NCBI GenBank assembly: GCA_964549515.1
Contig: CAZJVC010000001.1
Span: 10,011-53,127 of the forward strand
Reading direction: 5' to 3'
DNA: 43,117 nucleotides
Source: an uncultured Pseudomonadota bacterium
GTDB lineage: Bacteria > Babelota > Babeliae > Babelales > UBA12409
Part shown: positions 27,560-39,036 of the stretch, one piece after another
Layout: every line of letters starts with the position of its first letter
Numbering within the stretch: position 1 is the stretch's first letter
Program-made: the position numbers and the translations under genes
The notes under the pieces: model-generated
Told to the model about the DNA's origin: nothing
Databases searched by the model: none
What the model saw: the letters and a program-made list of their open reading frames with translations, nothing else

Positions 27560-27904
27560 TTATGATGCAGTTTTCGCATTTTCTAAAATTACTCGTATAT
27601 GACTCGTGCGTCTGCGTTGTACTTGCGCTCTACCCATTGCACCCGGCTTAAAGTATTTAAAAACGGGACCAGCATCTACGCAAATCTCACGAATAACCAA
27701 ATCTTCTACTTGCTGATTCTCAAGTTGTTTTGCATTCGCCACAGCAGACTCGATAACCTTTGTTATAGGCAAAACACGCTTAAAAGCTTGTGTAGAAAGC
27801 CAATTCAATGCTGACTGAACCGATTCACCACGAACTTCGTCAACCAATGGTCGCAACTTATACGGTGAAAATTTAATGTACTTTGCAGTTGATTTATATT
27901 CCAT
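27560..27904 (-). CDS. rplV: 50S ribosomal protein L22.
   Basis: The start is placed at MEYKSTAKYIKFSPYKLRPL. The longer ORF-track start overlaps rpsS. Confidence 0.85.
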   Translation of the reverse strand: MEYKSTAKYIKFSPYKLRPLVDEVRGESVQSALNWLSTQAFKRVLPITKVIESAVANAKQLENQQVEDLVIREICVDAGPVFKYFKPGAMGRAQVQRRRTSHIRVILENAKTAS

Positions 27905-27908
27905 CGTC

Positions 27909-28184
27909 TTATGCACCCGCTTTACGTTGACCACTATGCATCCTAAATGTTCTTGTTGGAGCAAATTCACCCAAATAATGGCCAACCATGTTTTCTGTTA
28001 TGTAAATCGGCTGAAATTTTCTTCCGTCATGCACAGCTATAGTTAATCCGACAAACTCAGGTAAAACCATACTTCTACGAGACCATGTTTTGACGGCATC
28101 TTTCTTGCCACCTGATTTATATTTTTCAATCTTTTTCATCAACGAAGGGTCAACGAATGGCCCTTTCTTTGCAGATCTTGCCAT
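27909..28184 (-). CDS. rpsS: 30S ribosomal protein S19.
   Basis: It has [13 protein letters not shown]. Confidence 0.95.
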   Translation of the reverse strand: MARSAKKGPFVDPSLMKKIEKYKSGGKKDAVKTWSRRSMVLPEFVGLTIAVHDGRKFQPIYITENMVGHYLGEFAPTRTFRMHSGQRKAGA

Positions 28185-28224
28185 GTTTTATTTTATCCTT
28201 TTCTTCAAATTTTTCAACTATAGC

Positions 28225-29043
28225 TTATTTACGTCTCTTCAAAATCAACGGATCTTTTCTTTTACGCGTTCTCGTACCCTTAGCTCCTTTAGCCCAAGGC
28301 GAAACAGGGTGAGAACCAGACTTCGAACGCCCTTCACCACCACCATGAGGGTGATCAATAGGGTTCATTGCCATACCACGCACAGTTGGTCTAAATCCAC
28401 GATGACGTGTACGCCCAGCTTTACCCCAAACAATGTTTTTATATTCAGCGTTACCAAGCACCCCAATAGTTGCCCAGCAGCCCAATAAAACAAGTCGCAC
28501 TTCCCCAGAAGGCATCTTCAATGTTGCGTGCTCTTCTGCCTTAGCTACAACTTGTGCTGATGTACCAGCTGAACGTGCAAATTTTCCACCAGAACCCGGA
28601 CGCAATTCAATGTTATGCACAAAAAAACCAACCGGAACACTTCTTAATGGCATTGCGTAACCTGGTTTTGGTTCAGCTCCTTCAGCAGCAGCAAAAACAA
28701 CACTTCCTACACTAATACCTTCAGGTAGTAAGATATAACGCTTTACACCGCTTTTATATACAACCAAACCAATTCGTACATTTCTGTTTGGATCATACTC
28801 AACAGAAACAACAGTTCCTTCAATGTCTCTTACACTGCGCTTAAAATCAATCACGCGATATTTACGCGCAGCACCACCACCACGATGACGCACCGTAATA
28901 CGACCATAGGCATTACGTCCAGCCTTCTTTCTGAGACCTATTACCAAAGAACGCTCAGGTTTCTTCGTTGTAATATCGTCACTTGAAAGAAATGTTTGAA
29001 ATCTAAGTGATGCACTTCTAGGTTTTCTTTTAACTATCGCCAT
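28225..29043 (-). CDS. rplB: 50S ribosomal protein L2.
   Basis: Sequence conservation. Confidence 0.95.
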   Translation of the reverse strand: MAIVKRKPRSASLRFQTFLSSDDITTKKPERSLVIGLRKKAGRNAYGRITVRHRGGGAARKYRVIDFKRSVRDIEGTVVSVEYDPNRNVRIGLVVYKSGVKRYILLPEGISVGSVVFAAAEGAEPKPGYAMPLRSVPVGFFVHNIELRPGSGGKFARSAGTSAQVVAKAEEHATLKMPSGEVRLVLLGCWATIGVLGNAEYKNIVWGKAGRTRHRGFRPTVRGMAMNPIDHPHGGGEGRSKSGSHPVSPWAKGAKGTRTRKRKDPLILKRRK

Positions 29044-29065
29044 TCTTTATCTCTAATTTTATACG

Positions 29066-29410
29066 CTACTTTTTCTCTTTAGGCCCACTATTCTGAGAAA
29101 GTTCTTGCCCTCCTCCATGACCAAAAAGATCTAACGTATGTCCCTCTTTGAGGGTTATGTATGCAATCTTTCTATCGCTGCCTTTAGTCGTAAGTTTACC
29201 ACGCGAAAGACGACGCGTTTTCCCTTTGCGCACCTGAATGTTGACCTTGTCCACCTCCACATTAAACAACGCCTTAAGCGCTGATTTAATCATAGGTTTA
29301 TTTGCATGAGCATGAACCTCAACAACCAGTTTGCCAAGACCTTGATTCAATTCCTGCGCTTTTTCACTCAATAGGGGCTTCTTTACTATATCATATATGC
29401 TTAAATTCAT
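29066..29410 (-). CDS. rplW: 50S ribosomal protein L23, with a short C-terminal extension.
   Basis: Sequence conservation. Confidence 0.9.
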   Translation of the reverse strand: MNLSIYDIVKKPLLSEKAQELNQGLGKLVVEVHAHANKPMIKSALKALFNVEVDKVNIQVRKGKTRRLSRGKLTTKGSDRKIAYITLKEGHTLDLFGHGGGQELSQNSGPKEKK

Positions 29411-30078
29411 CGCGCCACCATCTTCTTAAATGCCTCAACATCTTTTTTAAGCACTATCACAGGACGATTTTGAGCCAAATTGAATGCATTCAATTGATCC
29501 AAAAACAGTATCTGTACATTTGGCAAATTGGCAAAACTTGCTTGCGTCAATGTATCATGCACATCGACAACAACGGTCGCCTTGTCAAAGCCCGCACTTT
29601 TCAACATTTTCAATGCTTGCGCTGTTCTCGGTTTTTCACCCTCAAGAACAAAGTCCATCACAAAAAGTTTTTTCTCTTCAGCAAGTTGCCACAACAGCTC
29701 CTCGAGCACTCGTCGCCTAAGCTTCTTAGTAACTCTGAGTGAACGTGTGCGAGGCTGTGGACCAAAAGTGACACCGCCGCCTCTCCAAAGAGGTGAACGT
29801 GCAGAGCCTGCCCGCGCACGACCAGTACCCTTTTGTTTCCACGGCTTTTTAGTGCTAAAGGAAACATCAGACCTACCTTTACATGCAACCGTCCCCTGGC
29901 GCCAATTTTGTAACAATGCGTGTATCCACAACGTTACGGCTCCTGGTTTGACAGCTCGCTCGCGCTTAATCTTTAAATCTTTATCTGCAGACAACGTCTG
30001 AATAAAGCTCTTTTCTGTCTTTTTCAACTCAACATCTTTTGCAGTTACTTTTTTTGTTGTATCTTTTTCTTCAGTCAT
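29407..30078 (-). CDS. rplD: 50S ribosomal protein L4.
   Basis: Sequence conservation. Confidence 0.9.
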   Translation of the reverse strand: MTEEKDTTKKVTAKDVELKKTEKSFIQTLSADKDLKIKRERAVKPGAVTLWIHALLQNWRQGTVACKGRSDVSFSTKKPWKQKGTGRARAGSARSPLWRGGGVTFGPQPRTRSLRVTKKLRRRVLEELLWQLAEEKKLFVMDFVLEGEKPRTAQALKMLKSAGFDKATVVVDVHDTLTQASFANLPNVQILFLDQLNAFNLAQNRPVIVLKKDVEAFKKMVAR

Positions 30079-30084
30079 TGCACA

Positions 30085-30705
30085 TTACCTGCTTTTTCGA
30101 ACAAAAACAGGCGCGCCAGCATGTCCTGGAACCGCACCCTTTACCAGTACTATATTTCTTTCTGGATCAATAGAAACTACCTTTAAGTTCTTCACCGTAC
30201 AGCGATCAACTCCCATATGGCCAGGCATTTTTTTACCTTTAGGCACACGACCTTGTGTTGCCATAAAACCAATGGAACCCGTGCGACGATGCAAGTTTGA
30301 TCCGTGCGTAGCTGGACCACCACTAAAGCCGTGACGCTTCATAACACCAGCAAAGCCACGTCCCTTGGTCACTCCCGCTACATCAATAATATCACCTTCC
30401 GCAATAATTCTTGCAAAAGGAACTGGTTGTCCTATTTTTATATCTTCTGACACACCACCTCGAATCTCATAGATATGCTCAAAATAATTTTTGAGCTTCT
30501 TGAGCCACTGTAAATCAAATGTTTGTCCGTGATATTTAGGACGTGCATAACCTACTTGTACGGCACTGTAGCCATCACGTTCGTCGGTTTTTACATTTGT
30601 TACAAACCAGTGTGCTGTATCAATCACCGTTACTGAGGTACACTCTCTGTTCTCAGCGAATACCTGAGCCATTCCAATCTTTCGTCCCCACAGACCGTTG
30701 ACCAT
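30085..30705 (-). CDS. rplC: 50S ribosomal protein L3.
   Basis: Sequence conservation. Confidence 0.95.
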   Translation of the reverse strand: MVNGLWGRKIGMAQVFAENRECTSVTVIDTAHWFVTNVKTDERDGYSAVQVGYARPKYHGQTFDLQWLKKLKNYFEHIYEIRGGVSEDIKIGQPVPFARIIAEGDIIDVAGVTKGRGFAGVMKRHGFSGGPATHGSNLHRRTGSIGFMATQGRVPKGKKMPGHMGVDRCTVKNLKVVSIDPERNIVLVKGAVPGHAGAPVFVRKSR

Positions 30706-30726
30706 GAATAAACCTTTCTAACCTTT

Positions 30727-31032
30727 TTAGCGTATCTCTACATCAACGCCTGATGCTATGTTAATCTTCATAAGCGCATCCATCGTTTGATCCGAAGGCG
30801 CAATAATATCGAGAATCCGCTGATGTGTAACCAACTCAAACTGCTCACGCGACTTTTTGTCGACGTGTGGCGAACGCAAAACAGTAAAACGTCTAGTACG
30901 ATTTGGGAGAGGAACTGGTCCCATAAGCTGGGAGCCTGTTCTCTTCACCGTCATAACAAGTTGCTTTACAGCCGCGTCTAAGAGTTGATGATCAAATGAT
31001 TTTAATGTTAAGCGTATCTTTTGTCTTTTCAT
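30727..31032 (-). CDS. rpsJ: 30S ribosomal protein S10.
   Basis: Sequence conservation. Confidence 0.95.
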   Translation of the reverse strand: MKRQKIRLTLKSFDHQLLDAAVKQLVMTVKRTGSQLMGPVPLPNRTRRFTVLRSPHVDKKSREQFELVTHQRILDIIAPSDQTMDALMKINIASGVDVEIR

Positions 31033-31045
31033 CCAGCAAATCCGC

Positions 31046-32236
31046 CTAATCTATAATTTCAATAACAACACCAGACCCAACAGTTCGTCCACCTTCACGA
31101 ATCGCAAAACGTAGATCTTTTTCCATAGCAATTGGAGCAACAAGATCTACTACTAATTCAACATTATCACCAGGCATAACCATTTCACGACCCTCAGGTA
31201 AAAACACGTTACCGGTTACATCCGTTGTTCTAAAATAAAACTGTGGACGATATCCGGAGAAAAATGGACTGTGACGGCCACCTTCATCTTTTCTCAAAAT
31301 ATAAACTTGGCACTTGAATTTTCCGTGAGGTGTAATTGAACCTGGAGCGGCAACAACCATACCACGCTCAATATCTTCTTTTTTTACACCACGAAGGAGC
31401 AAGCCAACATTGTCACCAGCCAGGCCTTCGCCAAGTTCCTTGCGGAACATTTCAACGCCTGTTACCGTTGTTTTGATAGTTTTACCAAAACCAATAACTG
31501 CAACTTCTCCGCCAACTTTAACTTTACCACGATCAACTCTACCAGTTGCTACCGTACCACGACCAGAAATTGAGAAAACACTTTCTATAGGCATCAAAAA
31601 TGGCTTGTCAATTTCACGTTCTGGAACTGGAATGTAGTTATCAACTGCATCAAGTAATTTTTTAATAGATACTGAACCGATCTCGCTGGTATCACCTTCA
31701 AGAGCCTTCAATGCTGAGCCACGAATGATAGGAATCTCATCTCCAGGAAAATCGTACTTCTTAAGAAGATCCCTGAGCTCTTCTTCAACCATATCAATCA
31801 TTTCTGGATCATCAACCATATCAACTTTATTAAGATATACAACGATTGATGGAACGTTAACATTCTTTGCCAACAAAATATGTTCACGCGTTTGAGGCAT
31901 TGCGCCATCAGCCGCAGAAACAACCAAAATGGCACCATCCATCTGAGCTGCGCCTGTAATCATATTTTTAATGTAGTCAGCATGGCCAGGACAGTCAACG
32001 TGCGCATAGTGGCGCTTATCTGTATCATATTCTACGTGAGACGTTGCAATAGTAATACCACGTTCTTTTTCTTCTGGTGCATTATCAATTTCATCAAATG
32101 CGCGCTTTTCAGCTTTGCCTTCACCAGCCAAAACACTGGTAATGGCGGCTGTTAGCGTTGTCTTACCATGATCAACGTGACCGATGGTACCTATATTAAC
32201 GTGCTCTTTATCACGTTTGAATTGCTCTTTGGCCAT
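31046..32236 (-). CDS. tuf: Elongation factor Tu.
   Basis: It has [18 protein letters not shown] and NKVD GTPase motifs over 396 aa. Confidence 0.98.
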   Translation of the reverse strand: MAKEQFKRDKEHVNIGTIGHVDHGKTTLTAAITSVLAGEGKAEKRAFDEIDNAPEEKERGITIATSHVEYDTDKRHYAHVDCPGHADYIKNMITGAAQMDGAILVVSAADGAMPQTREHILLAKNVNVPSIVVYLNKVDMVDDPEMIDMVEEELRDLLKKYDFPGDEIPIIRGSALKALEGDTSEIGSVSIKKLLDAVDNYIPVPEREIDKPFLMPIESVFSISGRGTVATGRVDRGKVKVGGEVAVIGFGKTIKTTVTGVEMFRKELGEGLAGDNVGLLLRGVKKEDIERGMVVAAPGSITPHGKFKCQVYILRKDEGGRHSPFFSGYRPQFYFRTTDVTGNVFLPEGREMVMPGDNVELVVDLVAPIAMEKDLRFAIREGGRTVGSGVVIEIID

Positions 32237-32257
32237 AATATCTCCAAACCTACCTTA

Positions 32258-34321
32258 TTATTTGTTCGCTACAATTTCTTCTTGAACACTTTGCGGAACC
32301 TCACGATAGCACTCTGGAGCCATCGAATAACTTGCTCGTCCCTTTGTCATCGAACGAAGATCAGTTGCATAACCAACCATCGCTTCAAGAGGAGCTTCCG
32401 CAATAATGTGCGTACTTCCATCCTGTGTTTCCATGCCCATGATACGACCACGACGAGAATTCAAGTCCCCCATCACGTCGCCCATATGTTCTTCCGGCGT
32501 ATCCACTTCAACCTTAACAATAGGCTCAAGAAGAACGGGAGCTGTCTCTTTCATAGAATTCTTAAATGCCATAATCGCGGCAATCTTAAAGGCCATTTCA
32601 GATGAATCAACATCGTGATACGACCCATCATACAGCGTTGCCTTAAGATCAACAACGGGATAACCAGCAAGCACACCAGAATGTATAGCCTCTTCTAATC
32701 CCTTTTGAACAGCTGGTATGTATTCTCTTGGAATAGAACCACCAACAACCTTGTTTTCAAACACAAAGCCTTTGCCTCGCTCAAGCGGCTCAAACTTAAT
32801 CCATACGTGCCCATATTGACCGCGCCCACCAGACTGCTTAACATACTTACCTTCAGCTTTTGCTGACTTTCTGATAGTTTCTTTATAGGAAACTTGAAGC
32901 CTACCCTGATCGACATCAACCTTATGCTCACGCCTTAAACGATCGACAATAATCTCAAGGTGCAACTCACCCATACCGGAAATAACCGTTTGCGCTGTCT
33001 CATGATTATAGGACATTTTAAATGATGGATCTTCCTGCATAATTTTTCTTAACGCAAGAACCATTCTCTCATGATCAGCCTTGTTCTTAGGCTCAACCGA
33101 AGTAGAAATAACTGGTTCTGGAATTTCAATTGATTCTAAAACAATTGGTTTTTTTTCGTCACACAACGTATCACCGGTGCTAACATCCTTGAGACCCACA
33201 ACGGCCCCAATATCACCAGCCTGCAACTCTTTAAGCTCTTGGCGCTTATTTGAGTGCATCTGCAACAATCGGCTGATACGCTCTCTTTTGCCAGTCCGCA
33301 CATTGTATACATATGAACCAGCAGGCAAAACACCGGAGTAAACACGCACAAATGTCAAAACACCAACAAATGGATCAGTCATAATTTTAAATGCGAGCGC
33401 GCTAAATGGCTCATCAACAGACGCCTTGCGCACAACAACCTCATCAGTCCCAGGAATCACACCTTCAACTGGTGGCACATCAACTGGTGAAGGTAAATAA
33501 TCAACAACAGCATCCAAGAGTAACTGAACGCCCTTATTCTTAAAGGCTGTTCCGCAAAATGCTGGCGCAATTTTAAGCTCAAGCACACCCTTACGGATCG
33601 CTTTTTTAACTTCATCAATCAAAAGCTCTTCGCCAGCCAAATATTTTTCTGCTAGATCATCATTAAAATCGCACGCACGCTCTACCAACTCAATACGAAG
33701 TTTTTTAGCTTCTTCCTTATATTCTTCAGGAATGTCCAACATTTCAACTTCAGCATTAAGCCCCTCGTCATACTTGGCCATTTTCATAGTGAGAAGATCT
33801 ATAATGCCATGCAACTTTTCCGAATAGCCAACCTGCATCTGCATTACAAGCGCTTTTCCCCTAAGTTTTTCATTAATAGACTTGACCGCCTTCATATAAT
33901 CCGCACCAACACGATCCAGCTTATTAACAAAAATGATACGGGGAACGCGATAACGATTTGCTTGATGCCATACCGTTTCAGATTGAGGTTGCACACCAGC
34001 AACACCGCAAAACACACCTACCATACCGTCAAGCACACGCAACGAACGACCAACCTCAATAGTAAAATCAACGTGACCAGGTGTGTCAATAATATTAACA
34101 CGGTAATCTTTCCAGTAACAGGTTGTTGCAGCAGAAGTAATCGTAATACCGCGCTCACGCTCCTGCTCCATCCAATCCATGACAGCTTCACCCTCATGCA
34201 CCTCACCAATCTTGTGAGAAACACCGGTATAAAGCAAGATACGCTCTGTTACGGTCGTCTTACCTGCGTCAATATGCGCTACAATACCAATATTACGATA
34301 ATTATCTAAATTAATACTCAT
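32258..34321 (-). CDS. fusA: Elongation factor G.
   Basis: It has [17 protein letters not shown] and NKLD motifs over 687 aa. Confidence 0.98.
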   Translation of the reverse strand: MSINLDNYRNIGIVAHIDAGKTTVTERILLYTGVSHKIGEVHEGEAVMDWMEQERERGITITSAATTCYWKDYRVNIIDTPGHVDFTIEVGRSLRVLDGMVGVFCGVAGVQPQSETVWHQANRYRVPRIIFVNKLDRVGADYMKAVKSINEKLRGKALVMQMQVGYSEKLHGIIDLLTMKMAKYDEGLNAEVEMLDIPEEYKEEAKKLRIELVERACDFNDDLAEKYLAGEELLIDEVKKAIRKGVLELKIAPAFCGTAFKNKGVQLLLDAVVDYLPSPVDVPPVEGVIPGTDEVVVRKASVDEPFSALAFKIMTDPFVGVLTFVRVYSGVLPAGSYVYNVRTGKRERISRLLQMHSNKRQELKELQAGDIGAVVGLKDVSTGDTLCDEKKPIVLESIEIPEPVISTSVEPKNKADHERMVLALRKIMQEDPSFKMSYNHETAQTVISGMGELHLEIIVDRLRREHKVDVDQGRLQVSYKETIRKSAKAEGKYVKQSGGRGQYGHVWIKFEPLERGKGFVFENKVVGGSIPREYIPAVQKGLEEAIHSGVLAGYPVVDLKATLYDGSYHDVDSSEMAFKIAAIMAFKNSMKETAPVLLEPIVKVEVDTPEEHMGDVMGDLNSRRGRIMGMETQDGSTHIIAEAPLEAMVGYATDLRSMTKGRASYSMAPECYREVPQSVQEEIVANK

Positions 34322-34338
34322 TTATTCTTTACCTGCCA

Positions 34339-34821
34339 TTACCATGCATAATGCGAAAATGCACGATTTGCATCCGCCATTTTATGAACATCTGTTCTTT
34401 TCTTCATTGCTCCGCCACGACCTTCTGCTGCATCGAGTAATTCAAACGCTAACCGCTGACCCATTGTTTTTCCAGAGCGAGCAGATGTAGATTTGATTAA
34501 CCAACGCAAAGCTAATGAACGTGAACGTTGAGGACTCACTGGCATAGGAACTTGGTATACACTACCACCTACGCGACGAGCTCGAACCTCAACAACCGGA
34601 ACAATATTTTGAAATGCTTTATTAAAAAGCTGCAACGCCTTTTCACGACTGCCGCCACATTTCTTCTCTAGCAGCTCTAGAGCTTCATATACAACTGAAC
34701 GAGCAACGTTTTTCTTGCCACGTTCCATAATTACATTAATTAATTTTTGAAGCAACTCAGAATTATAACGAATGTCCGTACCAATCGTTCGAACAAAACT
34801 TGTAGTTTTCCTTCTAGGCAT
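34339..34821 (-). CDS. rpsG: 30S ribosomal protein S7.
   Basis: The start is placed at the MPRRK Met. Confidence 0.9.
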   Translation of the reverse strand: MPRRKTTSFVRTIGTDIRYNSELLQKLINVIMERGKKNVARSVVYEALELLEKKCGGSREKALQLFNKAFQNIVPVVEVRARRVGGSVYQVPMPVSPQRSRSLALRWLIKSTSARSGKTMGQRLAFELLDAAEGRGGAMKKRTDVHKMADANRAFSHYAW

Positions 34822-34842
34822 AGTAATCAATCCTTACTTCAA

Positions 34843-35217
34843 TTAAGATTTTGGTCGTTTAGCGCCATAAAGTGATCGACTTTGACGCCTACCCTCTACA
34901 CCTGAGGTATCGAGCGTACCACGAACAACGTGATATTTTACACCCGGCAAATCTTTAACCTTGCCACCGCGAATTAATACAACAGAGTGTTCTTGCAAAT
35001 TATGCCCCTCACCTGGTATATACGCCGTCACTTCTATTCCACTTGAAAGCTTAACACGGCATACTTTTCGCAACGCAGAATTAGGTTTCTTTGGTGTAGT
35101 GGTAAACACACGCTTACATACACCGCGCAATTGCGGGCTCTGATTAAGAGCAGGGCTCTTTGTTTTTTCCTTAACTTTTTTTCGCTTTTTACGAATAAGC
35201 TGGCTTACAGTAGGCAT
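34843..35217 (-). CDS. rpsL: 30S ribosomal protein S12.
   Basis: It has [14 protein letters not shown] and PNSALRKV. Confidence 0.98.
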   Translation of the reverse strand: MPTVSQLIRKKRKKVKEKTKSPALNQSPQLRGVCKRVFTTTPKKPNSALRKVCRVKLSSGIEVTAYIPGEGHNLQEHSVVLIRGGKVKDLPGVKYHVVRGTLDTSGVEGRRQSRSLYGAKRPKS

Positions 35218-35489
35218 AGCTCTAAAAACCTTATAGTTTTAGTGATACTTATATTAATATTTTCTTAATTAAAATCAGGATTATCCTAAAATAGAATCCT
35301 AAAATACGCTATTGATGTGCTCATTGAACAAAAACAGCGAGCATTTCTTATTAATTCTACTCTTTTTCTTAAATTTTTCAAGTGGAATAAACAAATCATT
35401 CCTGACTTTAAAGGAATTGCATAAAAAAACAAAACTGTTAGTCTCATTACAAATTATATTTTACCATTAAATTCAAGGGAGCGTCTATA

Positions 35490-36599
35490 ATGACAAGTGC
35501 ATTACTTTACCAACTAAAGGGCCTCATATTCATCGCTATCGGCCTTTTTGGAATAGGTTTCCTGGTTGGATTTCACGAGTTCGGTCATTTCATTTTTGCC
35601 AAAGTTTTTGGCGTGCGTGTACCATCATTTTCAATCGGCATGGGTCCTAAAATTTTTTCGAAAAAAATTGGTGAAACTGAATTCAAACTTTCAGCCATTC
35701 CGATTGGTGGTTATGTCGAAATTGCTGGCCTAGCCGAAATTGGCCAGGGAGAACAAAAAGAAGCACAGATAACCAATTCAGGAAGCTTTCAAACCAAGCC
35801 ATACTGGCAAAAATTCTTGATCATGAGCGGAGGCATTATCTTTAACTTTGTTTTAGCTCTAGTCATCTTCTTCGGACTCTTTGCTACTGGCATGCCAAAA
35901 TCTCTACTCTCATACCCAGAAGAAGTTAAACCAATCATAGTCAAAACACAAAAAGACAGTCTTGCAGAAAAAATCGGCTTACAATCAGGCGACACAATCC
36001 TCGCCATCGATAATCAAAAAACTGAAAATGTTCTTCAAGTTATTGCTCAGATACAGGAAAATAAAAATAAAACGGTTAGCATTACCATAAATCGCGCTGG
36101 CAGAGAACTATCCTTGAAGGCTCTTCTCGATTTTTCAGGCCGTTTCGGCCTTGATTATAGAATTGATTATCTTACTCCATTCTCTTTTACTGCAAGCGTT
36201 AAAAATGCATGGAATATGACCTTAAATGTCACAAAAAAAACATTTGATGTCTTCATTAACCTTTTCAAAAAACGCACCACCGATGGCGTTGCAGGCCCAC
36301 TTCTCATCATCTCTCAGATGGTACAAAACGCAAAACAGGGAGCGTCTATCTTCCTGCTTTTACTCGCATTCATCAGCATTAATCTGGCAATTATCAACCT
36401 GATTCCACTCCCAGTCACCGATGGTGGACAAATTGTCTTTATAACAATCGAAGCCATCATTAAACGCCAGATTCCAGAAAACATACGGCTCATCATCCAC
36501 AATATTAGCTGGGTACTTATTTTGGCCCTTGCAACCTATCTTACAATTAAGGACTCAATCGCGCTCTTCTGGCCAACAATAAAAAATTTCTTCATGTAA
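35490..36599 (+). CDS. rseP: RIP metalloprotease RseP (site-2 protease of the M50 family) with one PDZ domain.
   Basis: It has the HEFGHFIFAK HExxH motif, a PDZ (GLQSGDTILAIDNQ) and a C-terminal LDGG motif. Confidence 0.9.
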   Translation: MTSALLYQLKGLIFIAIGLFGIGFLVGFHEFGHFIFAKVFGVRVPSFSIGMGPKIFSKKIGETEFKLSAIPIGGYVEIAGLAEIGQGEQKEAQITNSGSFQTKPYWQKFLIMSGGIIFNFVLALVIFFGLFATGMPKSLLSYPEEVKPIIVKTQKDSLAEKIGLQSGDTILAIDNQKTENVLQVIAQIQENKNKTVSITINRAGRELSLKALLDFSGRFGLDYRIDYLTPFSFTASVKNAWNMTLNVTKKTFDVFINLFKKRTTDGVAGPLLIISQMVQNAKQGASIFLLLLAFISINLAIINLIPLPVTDGGQIVFITIEAIIKRQIPENIRLIIHNISWVLILALATYLTIKDSIALFWPTIKNFFM

Positions 36600-36605
36600 A
36601 AACAG

Positions 36606-36642
36606 GCTAAGACTGTTCAGGATTATCCTGAACAGTCTTAGC
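36606..36642. repeat. Perfect 16-bp-arm palindrome built around a CAGG-ATTAT-CCTG module, lying immediately 3' of rseP.
   Basis: The sequence is gctaagactgttcagg attat cctgaacagtcttagc. It is probably a stem-loop that acts as a transcript-end or stabiliser element for rseP, but no T-run follows it. Confidence 0.8.
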
Positions 36643-36654
36643 ATAAACAGATCC

Positions 36655-36689
36655 AAAAAAAGACCGGCATATTCTTTGATATGCCGGTC
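36655..36689 (-). terminator. Rho-independent terminator serving the minus strand.
   Basis: On the minus strand an 11-bp stem (gaccggcatat/atatgccggtc) is followed by T7. It lies downstream of the flavoprotein remnant. Confidence 0.6.
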
Positions 36690-36844
36690 GAGTAGTAATT
36701 TTACCATATCTAATTATCTATAATCCGAAGATGATAAATAACTAAAACGCTAACCACCACTACTCAATAATCAGTATACAGAAATTTACAAATAGAAAAC
36801 AAGCTTTTGTACAAAAAAGTTTAAACTTTTTTCAATCCAAGCAT

Positions 36845-37030
<186 letters not shown>

Positions 37031-37065
37031 TTATTCAATTCTATAACTTGCGGTTTTTTTTCTTC

Positions 37066-37305
37066 GTTCATCCTGCCGTGCCCGCCCCTTCGTCAAGCTC
37101 AGGGTAAACTACATCCTGAGTAGCACAAAGTGCGTATCGAAGGGTCCGCTCATCCTGCCCTTCGACAGGCTCAGGATAAAATTGTATCGAAGGACGCTCA
37201 TCCTGCCTATCCGCCATAGCTTTAGCGACGGCTGGGAGTGATTTGCGAAGCAAATTGTATCGAAGGACGAAAATACTCAGGATAAACTCTGGGTGCGAGC
37301 GAATT
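37066..37305. repeat. GC-rich dispersed repeat element (copy 3) with an internal, degenerate tandem structure.
   Basis: It contains gtatcgaagg x3, ctcaggataaa x3 and cgctcatcctgcc x3, and shares segments with 1-80 and 5461-5590. Its GC content is far above the surrounding sequence. Confidence 0.75.
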
Positions 37306-37592
37306 TGAATATTCTTCACGGAATTTTTAAACTGTGATGTCTATATTTGTGTGAAACTTAAAAAGCTTGCTATAAATATTATAATTTTAGTATAAAAAAC
37401 GTGTAGAAAATTACAAGACGAGTTTGCAACCTCGTCTCAAAGGAGAACGCATGTAATGGAAGTAGCCAGATTTAAAACGTTTATTAATCTTTTCAAAAAA
37501 AAGGAAATTATGAAAATTCAATCTGCTCAGAAAATAACTAGTGAAACAGAAAAAAGCATAACGGACATAGATAAAAAATAGAACAACTTAAA

Positions 37593-37937
37593 ATGCAGCT
37601 AGCGCAACTCGAAAAAGAAAAAGATCTTAAACAACTTAAAGAACAACATGTACTTGAAAAACAAAATATAGTACAAACCCAAGAACTAATTAAAAAGCAG
37701 GTAGCAAATCTAACCGAACATAATCACCAAATAGAACAATTATACAAAGAACTGCAAAAGCTAGAAGGACAAAAACAAGAGCTAGAAAAAGATCTTAAAA
37801 AAACAAAGGATGGCCTTGAACAACAATATAGACAAATCAAAAAACTAGGGGAACAAATCGAAAAAGCGGAAATGGACCTAAGCTCCGAATTAGCAAAGGT
37901 CGAATCTAAAACAGTTAGCCACCAAAAAACACCCTAA
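37593..37937 (+). CDS. Coiled-coil protein rich in Q, E and K. The 5' part is probably out of frame (see the frameshift finding), and the true start is possibly 37510.
   Basis: The ORF has no strong ribosome-binding site at 37593. An AAGGA site precedes an ATG at 37510 that encodes the same coiled-coil style until an A6 run. Confidence 0.5.
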   Translation: MQLAQLEKEKDLKQLKEQHVLEKQNIVQTQELIKKQVANLTEHNHQIEQLYKELQKLEGQKQELEKDLKKTKDGLEQQYRQIKKLGEQIEKAEMDLSSELAKVESKTVSHQKTP

Positions 37938-38266
37938 ACCAATCCTTTTTAAATAAAAAAAGCTCCATTTTCACTATGAAAATGGAGCTTTTTTATAATA
38001 AACCTTTATATTTACCAAATTGGATCTATACGTTGTTTCGCCATTGCGTGAAGCCCTTGTACGGCCCGCATACTGACATGATCAATAGCTTTATTTTTCT
38101 CAACAACCCCTTCAATTCAACTCCAAAAAAGAATTTAAGAAAAACTATTGCAATTTATATTTAAACCAGCTTAAAATATAAGTATATATTCTAAAAAGTC
38201 ATTTTCAAGGGGGGGGCGATTAAATACAGATACATTACCGAACGTATTAAATAAAATGGAGAAGAG

Positions 38267-38626
38267 ATGGTTAAAATAACAAAAAATAATTATGTTGCCG
38301 AAATTATTAAGAGCAACGTACCCGTCATCGTTAATGCAGGCGCTTACTGGTGTAAGGCATGCAAAAAAATGAAACCAATTTTAGGTGATCTTGAAAAAAA
38401 ATATAAGGGTGAGATCAAATTTGTTTACCTCGATACCGTAAACACAACTATCAAGTTTTGTAAGAAATTTGGCCTCAGATTTGGCGGACCCCCACCTAAT
38501 TGCTCTGGAAGCAAAATTCCACAAGCAATTTTTGTTAAAAAAGGCATGATGTTAAAAAGAGTAATCGGTTTTAAAAATACAAAAGACCTTTCAGTTGAAA
38601 TTGACAACTTTATAGCAAAAGCATAA
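38267..38626 (+). CDS. Thioredoxin with a WCKAC active site.
   Basis: It has the thioredoxin-fold pattern: a CxxC motif at the expected position and a downstream GGPP (cis-Pro region). Confidence 0.7.
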   Translation: MVKITKNNYVAEIIKSNVPVIVNAGAYWCKACKKMKPILGDLEKKYKGEIKFVYLDTVNTTIKFCKKFGLRFGGPPPNCSGSKIPQAIFVKKGMMLKRVIGFKNTKDLSVEIDNFIAKA

Positions 38627-38656
38627 AAACCAAGGCTAAGAACTGGATTTCGGATC

Positions 38657-38923
38657 TTACTCTACCAGTTTCTTAGCCTTTATAATTAGCTCAGCCGTTT
38701 TTTTACGCAATCTTGCAATTAGACGGAAACTTTGGCATTCCAAGTTTTCTTCGTCATAATCTTCACAAGAAAGAAGCTCATCTACCTCTTTCTTCAACAT
38801 CTCAGCATATTTTACTTTTTCCCGAATATCTTTCGCCTTATTAATCTTATCGGTCAAATCCTTTATTATTGGTTCTTTTTCTCGAAACTTTAAGCAACAC
38901 TTTTCTGTTTTCTTTTCTTCCAT
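38657..38923 (-). CDS. Hypothetical small charged protein (88 aa).
   Basis: This is an ORF only. It is K/E-rich with CC and C..C residues, and lies convergent to the thioredoxin gene. Confidence 0.35.
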   Translation of the reverse strand: MEEKKTEKCCLKFREKEPIIKDLTDKINKAKDIREKVKYAEMLKKEVDELLSCEDYDEENLECQSFRLIARLRKKTAELIIKAKKLVE

Positions 38924-39036
38924 TATTTAACCCTTAATCTCAATCTGATAATTTCTTTTCGTTAGGTTAATAGACATAATTGCCCCTCATCACATAAAAT
39001 ATTTAACGAGACCTATCACATAATTTAAGTATATTT

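Noticed and set aside
16637-34309. Numerous 60-170 aa ORFs on the + strand within the ribosomal superoperon, for example 26475..26858, 28090..28488, 29528..30001 and 33809..34309.
   Set aside because: They are antisense to highly conserved ribosomal and elongation-factor genes and are typical spurious shadow ORFs.
35221-35489. The divergent promoter region between rpsL and rseP, with caggattatcct and two atcctaaaata direct repeats.
   Set aside because: It probably contains the str operon promoter, but I could not place convincing -35 and -10 hexamers. Only the repeat-module copy is noted, under the repeat-family finding.
37066-37305. Could the GC-rich repeated blocks (gtatcgaagg... x3) be a degenerate CRISPR array?
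   Set aside because: The spacing between repeats is irregular (50 and 73 bp). The repeats are short and degenerate, and copies of the same material occur elsewhere in non-array form.
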